DNA of 45,103 nucleotides from a virus (Duplodnaviria; Heunggongvirae; Uroviricota; Caudoviricetes): IMG/VR virus record IMGVR_UViG_2734482790_000002; one strand, 5' to 3'. Shown piece by piece: positions 7,907 to 17,135 of this stretch (position 1 is its first letter; each line of letters starts with the position of its first letter). The notes under the pieces were generated by a model. It saw only the letters and a program-made list of their open reading frames with translations, ran no database searches and was not told where the DNA came from. The position numbers and the translations under genes were made by a program.

Positions 7907-8328
7907 AAATCAAGCATGAACACATCCGCATGGCGATGAATGCCTGGGCGCGTCCTGATGGCGAAAAAGTTCCAGCAGCTGGAATAACCCAGGCTTATTT
8001 TGAGTTGGGTATGACGTTTCCTGAACTGTATGACGACAGCCATCCGGAAGCCCTGGCTCGCAATACACAGAAAATTTTCCGCTGGGTAGAGAAAGACACC
8101 CCTGATGCAGTTGAAAAAATTCAGGCGTTGTTACCAGCGATCGAAAAGGCAATGCCACCTTTGCTGGTGGCCAGAATGCGCAGCCACAGTTCAGCTTATT
8201 TTCGGGAGTTGGTGGAGACGCGGGAACGACTGGTGAGAGACGCTGATGATTTTGTCGCAGTGGCAATCGCCGGTTTCAATCAGATGAACCGTGGTGGCCC
8301 GGCAGGAAATGCTGTGGCAGTACATTGA
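7903..8328 (+). CDS. hypothetical regulatory protein in the cII position (YdaT-like)
   Basis: 141 aa; ATGA overlap with cro; positional analogy with cII; family assignment is from memory only. Confidence 0.4.
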   Translation: MKIKHEHIRMAMNAWARPDGEKVPAAGITQAYFELGMTFPELYDDSHPEALARNTQKIFRWVEKDTPDAVEKIQALLPAIEKAMPPLLVARMRSHSSAYFRELVETRERLVRDADDFVAVAIAGFNQMNRGGPAGNAVAVH

Positions 8329-8399
8329 CTGACAATAGCCATATCGAATCGCTTCCGGCAATTCGCGAGTAAAAAGATTCGGTATCAGAAGAGGTGAGT

Positions 8400-9470
8400 A
8401 TGGCTAACGCCTGGCTCAGATTATGGCATGACATGCCTAATGACCCTAAGTGGCGAACAATTGCCAGGGTGTCAGGGCAGCCAATTGCAACAGTGATGGC
8501 AGTGTATATCCACCTCCTGGTGAGCGCGTCACGAAATGTCACGCGAGGTCACATTGATGTCACGACAGAAGATTTGGCAAGTGCGCTCGACGTGACAGAA
8601 GAGGTAATTGATTCAATTTTGCAGACGATGCAGGGGCGGGTACTTGATGGTGATTTAATCACTGGATGGGAAAAACGCCAGGTGCTTAAAGAGGACAACG
8701 GCAATATTTCGCAAACCGCAAAATCTCCTGCAGAGCGCAAGAGGGCGCAGCGAGAGAGGGAAAGAAAGCGGGAACAAAATGGCGATTGTCACGGCGCGTC
8801 ACGAAATGTCACGCACATGTCACGACGAGTCACGACAGATAAAGATACAGATAAAGATACAGATCAAGAAGATCAAAACACTATGGTCCATGGCATAAAA
8901 AACGCCACGAACCAGGCAGGGGATGTTCAGACCGTCAATCCTGGTCAGCCAGCAGGCACGACACCGGAAGCCGATTCAGCGTATGCGCTGAAAGCCGATT
9001 CGGGCGCTGTGCAGCAGGTGATGACCGCAAGGCCGGAGCAATCACACCAACTGCAGCAGCCTGAAGCCGATTCCGCCATTCAGCGGGAAGCCGATCGGGT
9101 AGTCCCGGAAAACACCGGGCAGTCTGTGGGACGAGTGGATTATCCGGATGTGTTCGAACAGGTCTGGCGGGAGTACCCGTTGCGTGCCGGAGCAAACCCG
9201 AAGAAATCCGCTTTCAGTGCCTGGAAGGCCAGATTACGCGAGGGGGTGCCACCAGAGGCCATGCTGGATGGCGTGAGGCGTTACGCAAGATACTTGGCGG
9301 CTACCGGGAAAACGGGAACGGAATTTGTTCAGCGAGCGACGACGTTTTTTGGACCGGACCGGAATTTTGAGAACCCCTGGTTGCTCCCGGTAAGCGGCAC
9401 GAACAACCAGCGTTGTGTGAATCATATTTCTGAACCGGACACCGAAATTCCACCAGGGTTCAGGGGATAA
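8400..9470 (+). CDS. replication initiator (O-like, iteron-binding) protein
   Basis: about 356 aa from the ATG with gaggtga SD (track ORF begins at GTG 8394); the gene contains in-frame iterons (peptide repeats ASRNVTRGHIDVTT and ASRNVTHMSRRVTT) and an AT-rich tandem (DKDTDKDTDQEDQ). Confidence 0.65.
   Translation: MANAWLRLWHDMPNDPKWRTIARVSGQPIATVMAVYIHLLVSASRNVTRGHIDVTTEDLASALDVTEEVIDSILQTMQGRVLDGDLITGWEKRQVLKEDNGNISQTAKSPAERKRAQRERERKREQNGDCHGASRNVTHMSRRVTTDKDTDKDTDQEDQNTMVHGIKNATNQAGDVQTVNPGQPAGTTPEADSAYALKADSGAVQQVMTARPEQSHQLQQPEADSAIQREADRVVPENTGQSVGRVDYPDVFEQVWREYPLRAGANPKKSAFSAWKARLREGVPPEAMLDGVRRYARYLAATGKTGTEFVQRATTFFGPDRNFENPWLLPVSGTNNQRCVNHISEPDTEIPPGFRG
8528..8876. other. candidate origin of replication: two clusters of GTCACG iterons at ~10-bp spacing plus an AT-rich tandem repeat
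   Basis: GTCACG/A at about 8528, 8538, 8548, 8559 and 8788, 8798, 8808, 8819, 8829; shared core cgtcacgaaatgtcacgc; followed by gataaagataca x2 then gatcaagaagatcaa. Confidence 0.6.
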
Positions 9471-9512
9471 GTTTTGTTTGAGATTGGTAAATAATTTTTA
9501 ACGGGAGAAATT

Positions 9513-10310
9513 TTGATGGAAACGTTGATTGATACGTTAAAAGCGATGCAAAAGGTGACGTGCACCGAGCTTGCTGCCAGTTTGGGCATTGAACCTGCAG
9601 AGGCGATTAAAATGCTGAGGGAGTACGAAGAGCTGGGAGAAGTTGTGTCGGTTAATGGTTACTGGTCTGCTTCAGAACGACAAACTGGCGTGAAAGAAAA
9701 AAAAGTAACGGTGTGTAAAGTGGAAAGAAAATCCCGTCCGGTGGTCAGCAGAAAAGAGCGTGAGCCACTGAATCGCTGCGACATCCTGTCCACACTTGCT
9801 CATGGTGGGGCAATGACCACCGCTGAGATTGCAATTGCTGTGGGGCGTGCTGATTGCGTCAGGTCGCTGGTTTCTGCGATGGAAAAGCTTTGCCGCGATG
9901 GCATGGTGATTAAGCTGGGACAGGGGAAGGGGTGTAAGTGGATGCGGGTAAAAGAAACCGGGGAAAATTTACCAGCAGAGCCGAAAGTTGTATCGGTAGA
10001 GAAAACACCTGGTAAAGCCTTTTCTCAGCCAGCCGGTGTTGCGTTACCAGTACAGGAAGCGGCAACACAGGAAGAAATTAAAACAGATACTGTGGGGGAC
10101 ATTGTGCAGTCGTTGCCATCGTTCACTGAAACGCGAGCCAATGGCCTGATTTTACCATCGCTGCATATGGCAAACCGCGAACTGCGCCGGGCGAAAAGTC
10201 ATGTCCAGAGGTGGGAGCGAGTCTGCGCCGCGCTGCGGGAGCTGAACAAGCACCAGGATATTGTCCGACAGATTGTCGATTCCTCCAGTCGTATTGTGTC
10301 GGAAAAGTGA
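9513..10310 (+). CDS. hypothetical phage protein with N-terminal winged-helix-like region; no Walker A motif, so not a DnaC-type loader
   Basis: 265 aa directly downstream of the O-like gene. Confidence 0.5.
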   Translation: MMETLIDTLKAMQKVTCTELAASLGIEPAEAIKMLREYEELGEVVSVNGYWSASERQTGVKEKKVTVCKVERKSRPVVSRKEREPLNRCDILSTLAHGGAMTTAEIAIAVGRADCVRSLVSAMEKLCRDGMVIKLGQGKGCKWMRVKETGENLPAEPKVVSVEKTPGKAFSQPAGVALPVQEAATQEEIKTDTVGDIVQSLPSFTETRANGLILPSLHMANRELRRAKSHVQRWERVCAALRELNKHQDIVRQIVDSSSRIVSEK

Positions 10311-10326
10311 TTCCTGGGGAGGGCTT

Positions 10327-10749
10327 ATGGCAAAAGTATTTACACAGGAAGAGCGGGAAAAAATTAAAGGGCAGATCGTTGATCTCGTACGCCAGAGTGG
10401 GCGCGAGACGTTACGACAACTGGAAGCTAAAACGGGGGCGACAAGATATCAGATAAGTGTTCTTGCCAGGGAGTTGGTTGCGAATGGTGACGTATACAAC
10501 TCTGGCTACGGGTTATTCCCGTCTGAGCAGGCACGTAAAGACTGGCAAAACGCCCGCAAAAAACTATCGAGGGCAAAGGTGAAGAAACCAGTTGTGGTTG
10601 ATCCAGACCTTATTTGGTCATTACCAGACGGAGAAATACGTCGTTACGACAGGCGTCATAATATAATTTGTAGTGAGTGCCGTAAAAGCGAAGTTATGAA
10701 GCGCATATTGTCGTTTTATCAGGGTAATTTTCAGGAGGCGATACTGTGA
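10327..10749 (+). CDS. hypothetical protein (140 aa)
   Basis: internal Met with ggggaggg SD; the longer track ORF (10261) lacks an SD. Confidence 0.5.
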   Translation: MAKVFTQEEREKIKGQIVDLVRQSGRETLRQLEAKTGATRYQISVLARELVANGDVYNSGYGLFPSEQARKDWQNARKKLSRAKVKKPVVVDPDLIWSLPDGEIRRYDRRHNIICSECRKSEVMKRILSFYQGNFQEAIL

Positions 10750-10806
10750 ATGAAATTAGCTATCAGGCTTCAATTACCGCTGGCATTCACATCAAAGGAG
10801 AAGAGC

Positions 10807-11163
10807 ATGGAAATAAAACCAGAAGATGAGTTAAGCAATATCGTTTTATTTCCGGTAAAAGAGGATGACCCACGTAATCAGGTTAATTTTCTTTATGAGC
10901 CATCGGAAAGAGCATATTGTCATCACGCCTCTGTTCGGGTTGACGAAAAAGAGCGTCAGGTCCGCTGTAAAATCTGCGGTGCAGTTGTGGAGCCGTTTGA
11001 CTGGATGCTCTCTGTGGCGAAAAGAGAAACCAGACTGGCAGATGATGTAAGGCTATTGCGCCAGGAGGAACAGGAAAGACGGAAAAATATAGAAAAGTTA
11101 ATTCAGATTGAGCGTAACGCGAAAGCGCGGATACGCAGGGCGACAAAATCCAGAACTGAATAA
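10807..11163 (+). CDS. hypothetical protein with putative zinc ribbon (CHH...CKICG)
   Basis: 118 aa from the Met with aaggag SD. Confidence 0.5.
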   Translation: MEIKPEDELSNIVLFPVKEDDPRNQVNFLYEPSERAYCHHASVRVDEKERQVRCKICGAVVEPFDWMLSVAKRETRLADDVRLLRQEEQERRKNIEKLIQIERNAKARIRRATKSRTE

Positions 11164-11213
11164 TTAAATTTAGCACTGTAAATAAAATCAAATCCTTAAC
11201 TGGAGGCATATCT

Positions 11214-11426
11214 ATGTTAAATACACAGAAAACCATTAATGCGGAAAAATATAACGAGTGGGTGAGGAAATTTTCTGAGCAGATTTTTAAAATTACTGGT
11301 GACGAGAAAGCGGCAAAAAATGAATTAGAGCCGTGGACACCTGAAGGACTCGACCAAAATTATTGCTGGTGGGATGTTGATCCAGTTGATGCTGCAAATG
11401 AAACTATGAGTTATCACAATGATTAA
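11214..11426 (+). CDS. hypothetical protein (70 aa)
   Basis: ORF with ggagg SD. Confidence 0.5.
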   Translation: MLNTQKTINAEKYNEWVRKFSEQIFKITGDEKAAKNELEPWTPEGLDQNYCWWDVDPVDAANETMSYHND

Positions 11427-11458
11427 TGTCAGGAGGCCGCCCGAAAGGGCGGTAAGAA

Positions 11459-11677
11459 ATGACTACATTATTCAGAAAAGAATATCCGAGAAAAAGTAGA
11501 GCGACAGAATTTTTGTTTCTCATTATATTTATCGTGTTGATGATACCGATATCCCCGCTATTACTGGTCTGGTTTATCGTGAAAATAATTGAGCCAGTTA
11601 TTGAATTGTATAACGACGTGGTGTGGGCGTCGTTCAACACACTGCACAATAAAATTAATCCGTATAAGGAAAGCTGA
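11459..11677 (+). CDS. small membrane protein (72 aa)
   Basis: hydrophobic core FLFLIIFIVLMIPISPLLLVWFIV. Confidence 0.45.
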   Translation: MTTLFRKEYPRKSRATEFLFLIIFIVLMIPISPLLLVWFIVKIIEPVIELYNDVVWASFNTLHNKINPYKES

Positions 11678-11678
11678 T

Positions 11679-12044
11679 ATGGCACTGACGAAAAAACAAC
11701 GTGCAGAGCTGCGCATGAAGTTCGGCGGTCGCTGTGCTTATTGCGGCTGCGAACTTGGCGAAAAGTGGCATGCAGACCATGTAAAACCGGTCATTCGTTT
11801 TGATGGAAATATGCTTCACCAGGAACGTGACGATATATCCAACATGGTTCCGGCATGCCACCCATGCAATCTGCACAAGCATTGCAGTAGTCTGGAAGAT
11901 TATCGGCGAATTATCAGTGATGGTCGTCGTGAATTCCTTGCGTCCGGGAAAGGCAAAGCGCTGGTTCGTATGGGATTGGTTGAAATGAAATCTGACCCAG
12001 TTGTGTTCTGGTTTGAAAAATATCAAGAAGGGGCTACGGCATGA
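11679..12044 (+). CDS. HNH endonuclease
   Basis: 121 aa from the Met with aagga SD; CAYCG...HADH...CHPCNLHK zinc-finger HNH motif. Confidence 0.8.
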   Translation: MALTKKQRAELRMKFGGRCAYCGCELGEKWHADHVKPVIRFDGNMLHQERDDISNMVPACHPCNLHKHCSSLEDYRRIISDGRREFLASGKGKALVRMGLVEMKSDPVVFWFEKYQEGATA

Positions 12045-12385
12045 CGACTTTTACCAGAGAGCAGTTAATAGCTCACGCAGAGGAGACTATTGAAGCACAG
12101 AGACTGTGCATACCGGGCACAATCGACCATGACATCATCCGCACATATAAGATGGATATTGCTGTTCTGGAAATCGCACTGGTATCGCTGGCAGCAGAGC
12201 CAGCCGGTAAATTGCATGAATACAAACCAGTGGGATATCAGCGTCTGGTCGATGAGTTAACCATGCTGGTAAAGCAGTTAACCTGGCAACTGAGGAAAGC
12301 GAAGCCAGACTGCAAATTACCGGATAAGGCGATGAGTTATCTGGAGCGGAACGGACTGATAAGCGTGGAGGATATTTTACGATGA
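12041..12385 (+). CDS. hypothetical protein (114 aa)
   Basis: ATGA overlap with the HNH gene. Confidence 0.5.
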   Translation: MTTFTREQLIAHAEETIEAQRLCIPGTIDHDIIRTYKMDIAVLEIALVSLAAEPAGKLHEYKPVGYQRLVDELTMLVKQLTWQLRKAKPDCKLPDKAMSYLERNGLISVEDILR

Positions 12386-12465
12386 CCTGGCCTGAAGCAT
12401 TCACAACGGTAGGAATTGCGATGGCGGTGGCGCTGGTGGTGTATTCGATTTGCCGCTGGGGATAA
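12382..12465 (+). CDS. possible 27-aa hydrophobic peptide (not in the ORF track)
   Basis: ATG overlaps the preceding stop (ATGA); sequence [27 protein letters not shown]. Confidence 0.3.
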   Translation: MTWPEAFTTVGIAMAVALVVYSICRWG

Positions 12466-12589
12466 ATCGCCGAAAAAAGATCCCGACACAAACATGAGCC
12501 GGGATCTTTGATTTATATAGCCTACGAATCCGCCAGTAAGAGAGGGGGCGGACGGTTAATTCTAACACCGGAATGATGTGGGTAAAAGT

Positions 12590-12889
12590 TTATAAGAAAT
12601 CGGTTTCATAACTTTGCCCACCATGATAGATACCGACAATAAAGACTTTTCTGCTATCAACGGCAAAAGCAATAATCGTTCTGTGGCGGAAATGAGTTAC
12701 CCGCATCCCCTGGCGAATATCATCGCGTTTATTGCCCCGATGCGGGAATGTAGAAAACCCATCAAGATAATCAAGAAGCGCATTGGCATAATTGTCAGCA
12801 ATGACGTTCCCTGCTTTCTCCGTTATATACCTGTGCAGGTTGATTATTTGTTGTTCGGCCTCAGGAGTAATGATGACTTCATATGTCAT
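12590..12889 (-). CDS. parE: type II toxin, ParE/RelE family
   Basis: 99 aa; typical ParE/RelE size and pattern; immediately downstream of a RHH antitoxin gene. Confidence 0.8.
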   Translation of the reverse strand: MTYEVIITPEAEQQIINLHRYITEKAGNVIADNYANALLDYLDGFSTFPHRGNKRDDIRQGMRVTHFRHRTIIAFAVDSRKVFIVGIYHGGQSYETDFL

Positions 12890-12894
12890 GCAGA

Positions 12895-13152
12895 TTACTT
12901 CCCGGATCGAATCGCGGCGCGAACCTGTGAAATGGAGCGTCCGCTGTTTGGGTTTTCGCGGATAGAATCAAGAGAGGGGGCGGCTGAATGCGTTAACCAC
13001 GCTTCGATTGCTTTATCGCGCTCATTCAGTGCGCGAAGCCCTTCACGAATGACCTCGCTTTCTGAAGCATAGGCACCGGAAGCCACACGGGCGCGCACCA
13101 TGTCAGCCATTTCGTTAGTTAATGTAATGCTGAATTGTTGGGTTGTACGCAT
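12895..13152 (-). CDS. parD: type II antitoxin, ParD family (ribbon-helix-helix)
   Basis: 85 aa from the internal Met; FSITLTNEMADMVRARVASGAYASESEVIREGLRAL matches the ParD/COG3609 pattern. Confidence 0.75.
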   Translation of the reverse strand: MRTTQQFSITLTNEMADMVRARVASGAYASESEVIREGLRALNERDKAIEAWLTHSAAPSLDSIRENPNSGRSISQVRAAIRSGK

Positions 13153-13187
13153 GGTAAACCTCACGGAGTAGGATAGAACACCATTCG

Positions 13188-13218
13188 ATGATAGCACGTT
13201 GCCTGTTGACGACAACAG
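13188..13218 (-). promoter_or_regulatory. candidate parDE promoter with palindromic operator
   Basis: minus-strand TTGTCG - 16 bp - TATCAT; the palindrome CTGTTGacgaCAACAG overlaps the -35. Confidence 0.45.
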
Positions 13219-13287
13219 AAATCAGAGACAATATTGCCGCACGCCAGCTTGAACAACTGGCACCTGCTGCGCCAGCAGAGAAAACCG

Positions 13288-13560
13288 ATGGCGCACAATA
13301 CCAAACATCACAATTCTGATACCGACCTTGCCAGCAGGCACGGGCGGCGTTCTCATACATTCAAATCTGACTGGTTCCAGCATGACCCATGCACTGAAGA
13401 ACAGGCCGAGTGGCTAATTCAGTGCTACCGCAGACAAGGATACGAGGTTAAGAAAGCCCTCAGCCTCGATTATCGCCACTGGATAATCTACGTCAGACTC
13501 CCTTATTCCGAACGCCCACCGCGTCCGTCCCGCACATTCCAGCAACGCATCTGGAGGTAA
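13288..13560 (+). CDS. hypothetical protein; start uncertain (track ORF begins at TTG 13234)
   Basis: first ATG at 13288; weak SD. Confidence 0.35.
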   Translation: MAHNTKHHNSDTDLASRHGRRSHTFKSDWFQHDPCTEEQAEWLIQCYRRQGYEVKKALSLDYRHWIIYVRLPYSERPPRPSRTFQQRIWR

Positions 13561-13561
13561 C

Positions 13562-14611
13562 GTGCGGGTATTACTTCGACCTGTTCTGGTACCGGAACTC
13601 GGGCTGGTGATCGTTAAGCCGGGCCGTGAATCCATGCCGGTATTCCACAATACCCGGGTACTGGTGGAGCCAGAACCGAAAAGCATGCGTAATCTGCCGT
13701 CCGGGGTCGTTCCTGCCGTTCGCCAGCCGCTGGCGGAGGATAAATCATTACTGCCATTTTTCAGCGACGAACGAGTGATTCGTGCTGCTGGTGGCGCTGG
13801 CGCATTGTCTGACTGGTTACTGCGCCATGTTAAATCCTGCCAGTGGCCACACGGCGATTATCATCACAGCGAAACCGTCATACATCGTTACGGTACTGGC
13901 GCGATGGTGTTGTGCTGGCACTGCGACAACCAGCTGCGGGAGCAGACATCTGATTCACTGGAGCAACTTGCTCAGCAGAATCTGGCAGCCTGGATGATTG
14001 ACGTCATACGTCACGCAATGAATGGCACACAAGAGCGGGAATTATCGCTGGCTGAATTATCCTGGTGGGCGGTCTGCAATCAGGTGGCGGACGCGCTACC
14101 GGAGGCAGTATTACGTCGCTCTCTGGGATTACGTGCGGAAAAAATCCACTCGGTGTATCGCGAAAGTGACATCGTACCGGGAGAGCAGAGCGCCACCAGC
14201 ATACTGAAGCAGCGCACAAAAAATCTTGCGCCGTTGCCTCATGTCCACCAGCAACAAATCCCGCCACAGGAAAAGACGGTGGTCAGCATTGCCGTTGATC
14301 CGGAGTCTCCTGAATCTTTCATGAGGCGGCTTAAACGTCGCCGTTGGGTAAATGAGAAATATACGCGCTGGGTGAAGACACAGCCGTGTGCGTGTTGTGG
14401 TCAACCAGCCGACGACCCCCATCACCTGATTGGTCACGGTCAGGGCGGAATGGGAACAAAGGCCCACGATATTTTTACGTTACCGTTGTGTCGTAAACAT
14501 CATAACGAGCTTCATGCAGATCCGTTGGCGTTCGAAGAAAAGCATGGTTCTCAGGTTGATTTAATTTTTCGTTTTCTTGATCACGCCTTTGCAACCGGCG
14601 TGCTTGGATAA
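13562..14611 (+). CDS. nin-region protein, DUF968-like (YdfU-like), with C-terminal Cys/His cluster
   Basis: 349 aa; CACCGQPADDPHHLIGHG...CRKHHNELH; sits just upstream of rusA; track start is GTG. Confidence 0.5.
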   Translation: MRVLLRPVLVPELGLVIVKPGRESMPVFHNTRVLVEPEPKSMRNLPSGVVPAVRQPLAEDKSLLPFFSDERVIRAAGGAGALSDWLLRHVKSCQWPHGDYHHSETVIHRYGTGAMVLCWHCDNQLREQTSDSLEQLAQQNLAAWMIDVIRHAMNGTQERELSLAELSWWAVCNQVADALPEAVLRRSLGLRAEKIHSVYRESDIVPGEQSATSILKQRTKNLAPLPHVHQQQIPPQEKTVVSIAVDPESPESFMRRLKRRRWVNEKYTRWVKTQPCACCGQPADDPHHLIGHGQGGMGTKAHDIFTLPLCRKHHNELHADPLAFEEKHGSQVDLIFRFLDHAFATGVLG

Positions 14612-14623
14612 AAGAGGTTACTG

Positions 14624-14983
14624 ATGGGGATAGAATTTGTTTTGCCTTACCCGCCGACGGTAAATACCTACTGGCGTCGTCGTGGCAGCACATATTTTGT
14701 ATCAAAAGCAGGGGAGCGTTATCGCCGGGATGTGGCGCTTATTGTTCGCCAGCAGCGGCTGAAATTAAATCTGTCCGGAAGGCTGGCAATAAAAATTATT
14801 GCAGAGCCACCGGATAAGCGCCGTCGTGACCTGGACAATATTCTGAAAGCACCACTGGATGCACTGACACATGCGGGACTGCTTATCGACGACGAGCAGT
14901 TTGATGAAGTTAATATTATGCGCGGTCAGGTTGTTCCCGGTGGTCGGCTGGGGATAAAAATCACAGAACTGGAGTGCGCATGA
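14624..14983 (+). CDS. rusA: crossover junction endodeoxyribonuclease RusA (Holliday junction resolvase)
   Basis: 119 aa; clear similarity to E. coli RusA (DKRRRDLDNILKAPLDALTHAGLLIDD...GGRLGIKITE). Confidence 0.9.
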   Translation: MGIEFVLPYPPTVNTYWRRRGSTYFVSKAGERYRRDVALIVRQQRLKLNLSGRLAIKIIAEPPDKRRRDLDNILKAPLDALTHAGLLIDDEQFDEVNIMRGQVVPGGRLGIKITELECA

Positions 14984-15645
14984 ATAACCAGTATTTACAG
15001 TTTGTGCGTGAGCAGCTCACGATCGCCACCGCTGATTTGAGTGGAGCAACAAAAGGTCAGCTTGAAGCCTGGCAGGAGAATGCCATGTTCAATACAGGGC
15101 GTTACAGACGTAAAAAAATCCGGTACCGCGATAAGGTCACTGGAAAAATAGTAACGCTGGATAATCCACCGATCCCGGGAAAGCAATCGCTGGCGAAAGG
15201 TTCTTCAATTGCCCTGGTCAGTCCGGTTGAGTTTTCGACATCATCATGGCGACGCGCCGTTCTGTCTCTTGAAGAACATCATAAAGCCTGGCTGCTGTGG
15301 TGTTACAGCGGTAGCATTTGCTGGGAGCATCAGATCGCGATAACGCAGTGGGCGTGGACTGAATTTAATGCTCAATCCGGTACCAGAAAAATTGCAGGAA
15401 AAACTCTGGTGCGCCTGAAGACGTTGATCTGGTTGGCGGCGCAGGCGGTAAAAGCTGAGCTTTTTGGTGGGGAAGGTTACGAATACCAGGAACTGGCGTT
15501 ACTGGTGGGAGTAACAACCAAAAACTGGTCCAAGACATTTACTGGTCACTGGGTTGCAATGAAACACATTTTTCATCGGCTGGATGGTGAAGCTTTATTG
15601 TTGGTGGAGGGAACACGTTCAAAACAAAAGGCGGCATTTTCATAG
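14974..15645 (+). CDS. putative late-gene antiterminator Q
   Basis: 223 aa; last early gene after rusA; immediately followed by a strong promoter and a terminator (pR'/tR' arrangement); family call rests mainly on position. Confidence 0.55.
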   Translation: MRMNNQYLQFVREQLTIATADLSGATKGQLEAWQENAMFNTGRYRRKKIRYRDKVTGKIVTLDNPPIPGKQSLAKGSSIALVSPVEFSTSSWRRAVLSLEEHHKAWLLWCYSGSICWEHQIAITQWAWTEFNAQSGTRKIAGKTLVRLKTLIWLAAQAVKAELFGGEGYEYQELALLVGVTTKNWSKTFTGHWVAMKHIFHRLDGEALLLVEGTRSKQKAAFS

Positions 15646-15652
15646 CAAAGTA

Positions 15653-15681
15653 TTGCAAAAGTAGATAAAAAGGCATATATT
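15653..15681 (+). promoter_or_regulatory. candidate late promoter pR' (with presumed Q-utilisation site)
   Basis: TTGCAA - 17 bp - TATATT directly after the Q stop. Confidence 0.6.
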
Positions 15682-15731
15682 TCGTGTGAATCTAATATTT
15701 TGCCGTTTTTATACGTGATGGCAAAGCTAGT

Positions 15732-15759
15732 AAAACCCGTGACCGAGCGGGTTTTTTTT
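15732..15759 (+). terminator. candidate tR' terminator about 70 nt downstream of the putative pR' start
   Basis: aacccg-tgaccgag-cgggtt hairpin followed by T8. Confidence 0.7.
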
Positions 15760-15900
15760 ATCCCCAAAAAAATGGCATAGACATTAAACGTGATGATGAT
15801 TGTGCCAATACTTTCTCCATCAATGACGCCCCTTGACTGCATGGAATCCAATTTGTTATGTAATATGTGTTGATATTTTTGAGTTGTTAATGGTGTTACT

Positions 15901-16614
15901 ATGGATGACAGTGCTCTGCTCAGAAACTCTTCACTTTTTGTTGCTTATATGGGCTGTCTAGGATGGGGAAGCACTTATTTCTATGGATGGGGTACTTCAT
16001 TTTACTATGGCTTTCCATGGTGGGTTGTCGGGGCTGGTGTCGATGATGTAGCACGAAGTTTGTTTTATGCTGTGACAGTTATCGTTATATTCCTTATTGG
16101 ATGGGGAGTTGGTATTGTTTTCTTTTTGGGCATAAAACAAAAGCGCAATATACAAAATTTGAGTTTTATCCGGCTTTTTCTCGCGATATTGCTGCTTTTT
16201 ATTCCACCTGTTCTGGAGTTTTCGGTAATTCATCAGCATGTTGAGCCAGATGTACTGATTTTCTGCATTCTTGCTGCCTTTACAATCACGCTTTTTGTCA
16301 GGTCTGGAAGAAGACTTGTTTCAGTCAAATGTTTTTCGGAAATGTCTTTTATTCGTCATCACCGAATTGAGTTCATGATGGCTGGGTTTATGATTTATTT
16401 CTGGGCATTCTCTCTTATTGCCGGTTGGTACAAACCACAGTTTAAGAGGGAATATCAGGCGATCCACTATGAGAATGTATGGTATTACATTATTGCGCGT
16501 TATGATGATCGTCTGGTGTTATCGAAATCATACAGGAGTGGGGGTAAGAAATTCGTTATATTTAATAGCGGAAATATTAATGATTTTGAAATTAATACAG
16601 TCAGAGTGCGTTAA
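15901..16614 (+). CDS. polytopic membrane protein (about 6 TM, aromatic-rich) in a visibly AT-rich moron
   Basis: 237 aa; hydrophobic segments including LFYAVTVIVIFLIGWGVGIVFFLGI, FIRLFLAILLLFIPPVLEF and FMMAGFMIYFWAFSLIAGW; TTGACT -35-like hexamer upstream; AT-richness judged by eye, not computed. Confidence 0.6.
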   Translation: MDDSALLRNSSLFVAYMGCLGWGSTYFYGWGTSFYYGFPWWVVGAGVDDVARSLFYAVTVIVIFLIGWGVGIVFFLGIKQKRNIQNLSFIRLFLAILLLFIPPVLEFSVIHQHVEPDVLIFCILAAFTITLFVRSGRRLVSVKCFSEMSFIRHHRIEFMMAGFMIYFWAFSLIAGWYKPQFKREYQAIHYENVWYYIIARYDDRLVLSKSYRSGGKKFVIFNSGNINDFEINTVRVR

Positions 16615-16787
16615 AATTTCTTGAGTAACAAAGATTTTTACCGCCCGCCATTGAGAGGTTTTTTATGCCAGAAAAATGGTTCGGTACATAAAATGTGCAG
16701 GTGGTTATTAATACCGGTCTTTCAGCTTGCTGGCTTTTTCGACAAGAGTTATTGGTATGTCACGTTAACCAAAAAAGAGAAAAAGAC

Positions 16788-16985
16788 ATGCTAAAACAGC
16801 AGGATATGACCGAAACAGCCAGAGTGGTGTTTAATGAATTAAGCGTCACTGAACCGGCAACAGTTGGGGAAATTGCGCAGAATACTTACCTTTCACGCGA
16901 ACGCTGCCAGTTAATACTGACCCAGCTTGTTATGGCGGGTCTGGCAGATTATCAGTTCGGTTGTTACAGACGCCTTCCGCAGTGA
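16788..16985 (+). CDS. small HTH-like protein (65 aa), possible regulator
   Basis: internal Met start; TVGEIAQNTYLSRERCQLILTQLVMAGL resembles a helix-turn-helix; directly upstream of the methyltransferase. Confidence 0.4.
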   Translation: MLKQQDMTETARVVFNELSVTEPATVGEIAQNTYLSRERCQLILTQLVMAGLADYQFGCYRRLPQ

Positions 16986-17135
16986 AGGCTTTTTACTTTG
17001 TGGTAATGGGCGGCTGGTGGGTGTTAGCGGCACCTGCCAGCCATCTGCTCATGAATCGGGGTCACAAGCAAACCTCAGGCCCATCCGCTTTGCGCAAAAG
17101 CGGTATGAGCCTATCAGAGAAGTGCTTATTGATCT

